From NCBI GenBank assembly GCA_963664115.2, contig CAXWPJ010000004.1:64001-128000 (forward strand): 64,000 bases of DNA, in the 5' to 3' direction. This stretch comes from Terriglobia bacterium. GTDB taxonomy: Bacteria; Acidobacteriota; Terriglobia; 20CM-2-55-15. Position 1 is the stretch's first letter; each line of letters opens with the position of its first letter. The notes under the pieces are model-generated. The model searched no databases. It saw only the letters and a list, made by a program, of their open reading frames with translations, and had not been told where the DNA came from. A program made the translations under genes and the position numbers. Shown piece after piece: positions 60,085 to 64,000 of the stretch.

Positions 60085-61269
60085 ATGAAGGTCCACATCT
60101 TTCTCCTGGTTAGCGCGATTACACTCCTCGGCGGCGGCGCGATCCGGATGGTCCTGCCTGTCTCCGCGCAGGAAAGCAACGAACCCGTTGCGCGGACGGC
60201 CATCGAGGAACTCGGACGGCTCCTGTTCTGGGATCCGATCCTGTCGGGCAGCCGTGACATCGCCTGTGTGTCCTGCCACCACCCGGATTTTGCCTATGCC
60301 GACGGTCGTCCGCTCTCACTCGGCACCGGCTCAGCAGGACTGGGGCCAGAGCGGACCGATACGACAGGCGGGATGATTCCGATGACCAGGCGGAACTCTC
60401 CTACCGTCCTCAACGTGGGCTTCAACGGCTTGGATGACAATCGGCGGCGGCGTCAATTGTTCGACGGTACGGTGGCTTCGGTCAATCAGGCGAACGCTCC
60501 TATGTTCTGGGACAACCGCGTGCGCAGCCTGGAGCTGCAGGCCCTGGAGCCGATCAAAGCCTTTGAGGAGATGCGCGGCAGCGCGTATCCGGAGGATGCA
60601 GCGCTCGACACAGTTGTGGCGCGGCTCGAGGAAATTCCGGAGTACGTCGCGCTGTTCGAGAGCGCGTTCGGAACACCCGCGTCTGTCACCGCACCACGCA
60701 TCGGTGCGGCGATCGCAGCGTTCGAGCGAACACTCACCGCGATGAACAGCCCATTCGACCGCTACCGTTCGGGGGACACGACTGCCCTGACGGCTGCGCA
60801 ACGACGCGGTATGGAAGCGTTCGACGATGTAGGCTGCGACCGGTGTCACGACGGGGTGATGTTCTCCGACTTCGGTCTGCACGCGGAAGGCGTCGCCGAG
60901 CACCCGCTGCTGGAAGCCCCGGATACAGGTGACGGCCGGTTCCGTTTTCGGACGCCGACGCTTCGCAACATCGCGCTCACGGCGCCGTATATGCACAACG
61001 GCACACTGGGGACGCTTGAGGATGTGTTGGTCTTTTACGACAATGGCCGTTCCGAGAACCCGAACATATCCAACGCCGGCCGGCGGCAACAGGCGAACGG
61101 CTTGGCCCGCCTTGATCGCCGCTTCCGCCGCGTGGACGACATGAACGAACGCGAGATGGCTGACATCGTTGCGTTCCTCGAAGCGCTGACCGACCCCGAT
61201 TTTGACCGGAGCATCCCCGCCCGGGTACCCAGCGGCCTCACGCCTGGAGGCCTTATCAAGAACCCCTGA
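60085..61269 (+). CDS. diheme cytochrome c peroxidase (bCcP/MauG superfamily)
   Basis: LG..LF.D..LS, CVSCH, RNSPT, FWD.R, CDRCH, TPTLRN..LTAPYMH.G. Confidence 0.92.
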   Translation: MKVHIFLLVSAITLLGGGAIRMVLPVSAQESNEPVARTAIEELGRLLFWDPILSGSRDIACVSCHHPDFAYADGRPLSLGTGSAGLGPERTDTTGGMIPMTRRNSPTVLNVGFNGLDDNRRRRQLFDGTVASVNQANAPMFWDNRVRSLELQALEPIKAFEEMRGSAYPEDAALDTVVARLEEIPEYVALFESAFGTPASVTAPRIGAAIAAFERTLTAMNSPFDRYRSGDTTALTAAQRRGMEAFDDVGCDRCHDGVMFSDFGLHAEGVAEHPLLEAPDTGDGRFRFRTPTLRNIALTAPYMHNGTLGTLEDVLVFYDNGRSENPNISNAGRRQQANGLARLDRRFRRVDDMNEREMADIVAFLEALTDPDFDRSIPARVPSGLTPGGLIKNP

Positions 61270-61298
61270 CGGTCGACACACCTGAGCGGATCCATGAC

Positions 61299-61886
61299 TT
61301 AAAATGTGGATTCTGGAAGTGCGGCGCTTAGCGCCCCAGTGATGGCTAGGTCGTCGCGGATCTGGTTCAACAGATCTAGATTAACGGCGTCCGCACCCAC
61401 GAGAAAAAGGATGTTGGGGATCAGGCGGCGACTCAGATTTACCAGGCGCCCTATTCGCACATCGTATTCCTCGGCTGGAAGTGGAGCCACATTGATCTGA
61501 GGAGGCTCGGATCCAGCGTTGACCAGGTCAGTTAGCCGATGGGTTGTTTCTTCTATGTCGTTTGACCGTTCGTCCAACTCCTCGTGCGACAAATCCTCGG
61601 AAACCGAAGCGTAATAAAGCGCTTCAATTTGTAAGGCAAATGCTTCCGTTTCTTTCAGGAGGAGCTGCATACCGGGGTCAGAGGTCTCAGTGCGGGCCGC
61701 ATAGAACTCGTCCGACATCGCATCAACCAAGCCCTGCTGATTCTCACTGAAGTTCGGGAGCCTCGTCGCGGTTCCTCTTCTGTTATCGACCAGTCGCCCT
61801 TCATCTCTCTGGCTCTTGGCAGACACAGGCCAGGCACCAAGAAAGAGCGCAAGTACAACGGCGAAGAATGCAAGCGTAAATCTCAT
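61299..61886 (-). CDS. secreted helical hypothetical protein
   Basis: 195 aa ORF with signal peptide and AAGGT RBS; no recognisable motif. Confidence 0.6.
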   Translation of the reverse strand: MRFTLAFFAVVLALFLGAWPVSAKSQRDEGRLVDNRRGTATRLPNFSENQQGLVDAMSDEFYAARTETSDPGMQLLLKETEAFALQIEALYYASVSEDLSHEELDERSNDIEETTHRLTDLVNAGSEPPQINVAPLPAEEYDVRIGRLVNLSRRLIPNILFLVGADAVNLDLLNQIRDDLAITGALSAALPESTF

Positions 61887-61983
61887 GACCTTTCAAGCAG
61901 GATAAACGCACCGGGTGGAGTGTGACAAAGAAAAACTGGCGTCGGTGCCGTAGACGGCGCCGCTTTCGGCCGTGCAATTGCAC

Positions 61984-62910
61984 TCAACTCTGCCGGCGCA
62001 CCCACCCCCGCGTGACGGCCGAGAGCAAGTCCCCAATCAGAACCAGGGTGCCGCCGAGGACGATGAAGAAAAACATCTCGTCGTAATTGTTTCGGGCTCG
62101 GGCGTCCTGGATCCAGAATCCGAGCGAGGAAATCCCCAGCATGCCCAGCACGGTTGCTTCGCGAACGCAGGTTTCCCACCGATAGAGGAAGAACAGCAGG
62201 AATCGCGAGAAAGCGAGTGGAAACACTCCGGAAAACACCAACTGCGCACGCGTCGCCCCGAGCGCACGAAGCGCCACCAGTGGAGGCGACTCGGTGTTCT
62301 CCAGCACTTCGGCGCCCAGACGGCCGAGTATTCCCGTGTTGTGAAGCGCCAGCGCCAGAACCAGTGGCCAGGCCACAGGACCCAGCATCGCCAGAAACAA
62401 AAACGCCCAGATGTACTCGGGAATGGAGCGCGAGAAAATCATGAAGAACCGGCATCCTGCCATCACACCAACCCATGGCAATCGCATCGGCCAGATAGTC
62501 CGGCGCAAGGACGGAAGGAAGGGGGATTCGGTCACGAGCGTGCGTGCCCCGAACACGGACAAGATCACTCCGCCACAACCGGCCAGAAAGATGGCCGCGA
62601 TCGAAATTGCCAAGGTGTTGAGGGCGGCCTCGAAACCTCTCGACCACATCATTTCGACAAGCCAATCGAACAGCAGACCCGGATCGAAACCTGCAGACTG
62701 CAACGGAAAAGGAACGAGTTGCCTGGCGAAATTGATGAGGTTCGACACGCGTCGGGCAGACAACAGTTCGGAGGCTCCGAAGTCCCCGACCAACCAGGAC
62801 CCGACTCCGAGAATCATTAACAGAACCGCACTCGCACCTGCTCCCCAGTTCCTTGGCCGCGCACGCCGGAGCCGAGCCAGTGTTTCCGAATGTTGTGTTC
62901 GAGGACTCAA
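61984..62910 (-). CDS. phnE: PhnE/PtxC-type ABC permease
   Basis: RSIPE.IWA, G.LGRL.AE..E, GA, YRWE..VR.A.VLG; TTG start overlaps the upstream stop. Confidence 0.85.
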   Translation of the reverse strand: MSPRTQHSETLARLRRARPRNWGAGASAVLLMILGVGSWLVGDFGASELLSARRVSNLINFARQLVPFPLQSAGFDPGLLFDWLVEMMWSRGFEAALNTLAISIAAIFLAGCGGVILSVFGARTLVTESPFLPSLRRTIWPMRLPWVGVMAGCRFFMIFSRSIPEYIWAFLFLAMLGPVAWPLVLALALHNTGILGRLGAEVLENTESPPLVALRALGATRAQLVFSGVFPLAFSRFLLFFLYRWETCVREATVLGMLGISSLGFWIQDARARNNYDEMFFFIVLGGTLVLIGDLLSAVTRGWVRRQS

Positions 62911-63830
62911 GGGACGAACCACCTCCGGATAATTCCACTCCACCATTCCACCACTACAATCAGCAGGAACAGTGCATAGAGATAAGTCCAGACCTCGCCG
63001 TAGTAGAGATTCTCAAATGAAGCCGCAATGAAGAAACCCAGCGTGGGGAAACCGAAGAAACCCAGCACGGCCGAGGAACGCAGCGCGCATTCGAACCTGT
63101 AGAACGTATACGCAACCATATCCGGGAACGCGCGCGGTAGCAGTGCGAACACGAACACCTGGGAAGGCAACGCTCCGGCGCCACGCAACGCGTAGGCGGT
63201 ATCGGGAGGTGTCTCGTCGATGATTTCCGAGAAGATCTTTGCCAGCACACCCGCGAAAGGTATCGCCAGCGCGATGACGGCATTGACGTTGACCAGACCG
63301 AACCCCGCCAGCAGAAACACAGCCCACAGCAATTCGTGAACGGAACGCATGACGGCGATCAGCACCCGGGTGGTTCCGTAGAGGAGAGGCCGAACGCTCG
63401 TGCTTGCCAATCGCCGCAGTCTCGAACGCCCGCCGGACGGGTCCTGGCTCCACCATGAACTGGACGCCAGGAAGCCCAGCAGCAGCGCAAGTGGGACAGC
63501 CAGGCTCATCGCCGCCGACGCAAAGATCACGGTAGTCACCCCAGCCTGCAGCGCTCGTAAGGGGAGAGGGATGAGACCGGACGGCAAATTGGGTGCCTCG
63601 TAATTGAGGGCAGGCGACAATGCGCGAGCGAAGAACTCGCCCGTCAACTGGAGGCTCGAAGACGACCCGATGAGATCCGAGGGCCGCAGTTCCAGTTGCC
63701 AGAAGGCCCACACCGCGAGCGCAGTGATGACGATTAAGATTCCGGGCCGAGCCCGGCCAGCGCGGGACGCCTGGGGTATCTTCGGCCTAAGTTCGGGAAA
63801 CCGAGGGATCGCTGCCGGATGGGTCGTCAT
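62907..63830 (-). CDS. phnE: PhnE/PtxC-type ABC permease
   Basis: RSVHELLWA, LAKIFSE, YRFECALRSSAVLG. Confidence 0.87.
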   Translation of the reverse strand: MTTHPAAIPRFPELRPKIPQASRAGRARPGILIVITALAVWAFWQLELRPSDLIGSSSSLQLTGEFFARALSPALNYEAPNLPSGLIPLPLRALQAGVTTVIFASAAMSLAVPLALLLGFLASSSWWSQDPSGGRSRLRRLASTSVRPLLYGTTRVLIAVMRSVHELLWAVFLLAGFGLVNVNAVIALAIPFAGVLAKIFSEIIDETPPDTAYALRGAGALPSQVFVFALLPRAFPDMVAYTFYRFECALRSSAVLGFFGFPTLGFFIAASFENLYYGEVWTYLYALFLLIVVVEWWSGIIRRWFVP

Positions 63831-64000
63831 AGCTGGAACAAGGACTGAAACTTATCTTCCGCTATCGCAGACACCGGCTTGTCAAAGGCGAGGCGTCCGG
63901 CCTTCATCCCTACAAGGCGAGGGAAAAACTCGCGAGCCAGATCCAGGTTGTGCAGACTCACGCAGAGCGTGAGGCCCTCTTCGCGGGCCAGGCTGGTCAG
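63827..64000 (-). CDS. phnC: C-terminus of PhnC-type ABC ATPase (partial)
   Basis: LTSLAREEGLTLCVSLHNLDLAREFFPRLVGMKAGRLAFD...; H-loop present; ATGA overlap with the permease. Confidence 0.8.
   Translation of the reverse strand: MTSLAREEGLTLCVSLHNLDLAREFFPRLVGMKAGRLAFDKPVSAIAEDKFQSLFQL

Noticed and set aside
60085-61269. MauG or methanobactin-type MbnH assignment
   Set aside because: No mau/mbn neighbours, and PYMH Met is present; left as generic bCcP-superfamily.

Overview
GC-rich bacterial chromosomal window. The gene repertoire (expanded DUF6152-like modules, a CytoC_RC-type cytochrome fusion, a CadC-like wHTH regulator, many secreted PQQ/MBL/SMP-30 enzymes) suggests Acidobacteriota or a similar environmental lineage; this is an inference. 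The first 5.6 kb is a pile of IS elements. An IS701 transposase is split by a 3124-bp IS1-family element (perfect 21-bp TIRs, 8-bp TSD) that carries a RosmerTA-like toxin/HTH-IrrE pair and a small basic protein, and an IS1182-like element follows directly. An intact IS1380 lies at 20.1-22.0 kb. The rest is metabolic and secreted-protein genes: a catabolic cluster with an orphan eboE, an SSS transporter with two unannotated micro-membrane proteins and a frameshifted MetE-like enzyme; a MmgE/PrpD operon; a CDP-alcohol phosphatidyltransferase/GtrA locus with an in-frame amber codon; and the end of a phnCEE-like ABC operon. The most striking unexplained feature is a repeated secreted two-gene module: a small protein whose mature N-terminus is His-His with an NPH motif (3 copies), plus a Cys-containing beta-rich partner (5 copies), including a tandem duplication of two 1155-bp units. 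No rRNA, tRNA or CRISPR array was recognised. All family assignments come from motif recognition by eye, not database searches.
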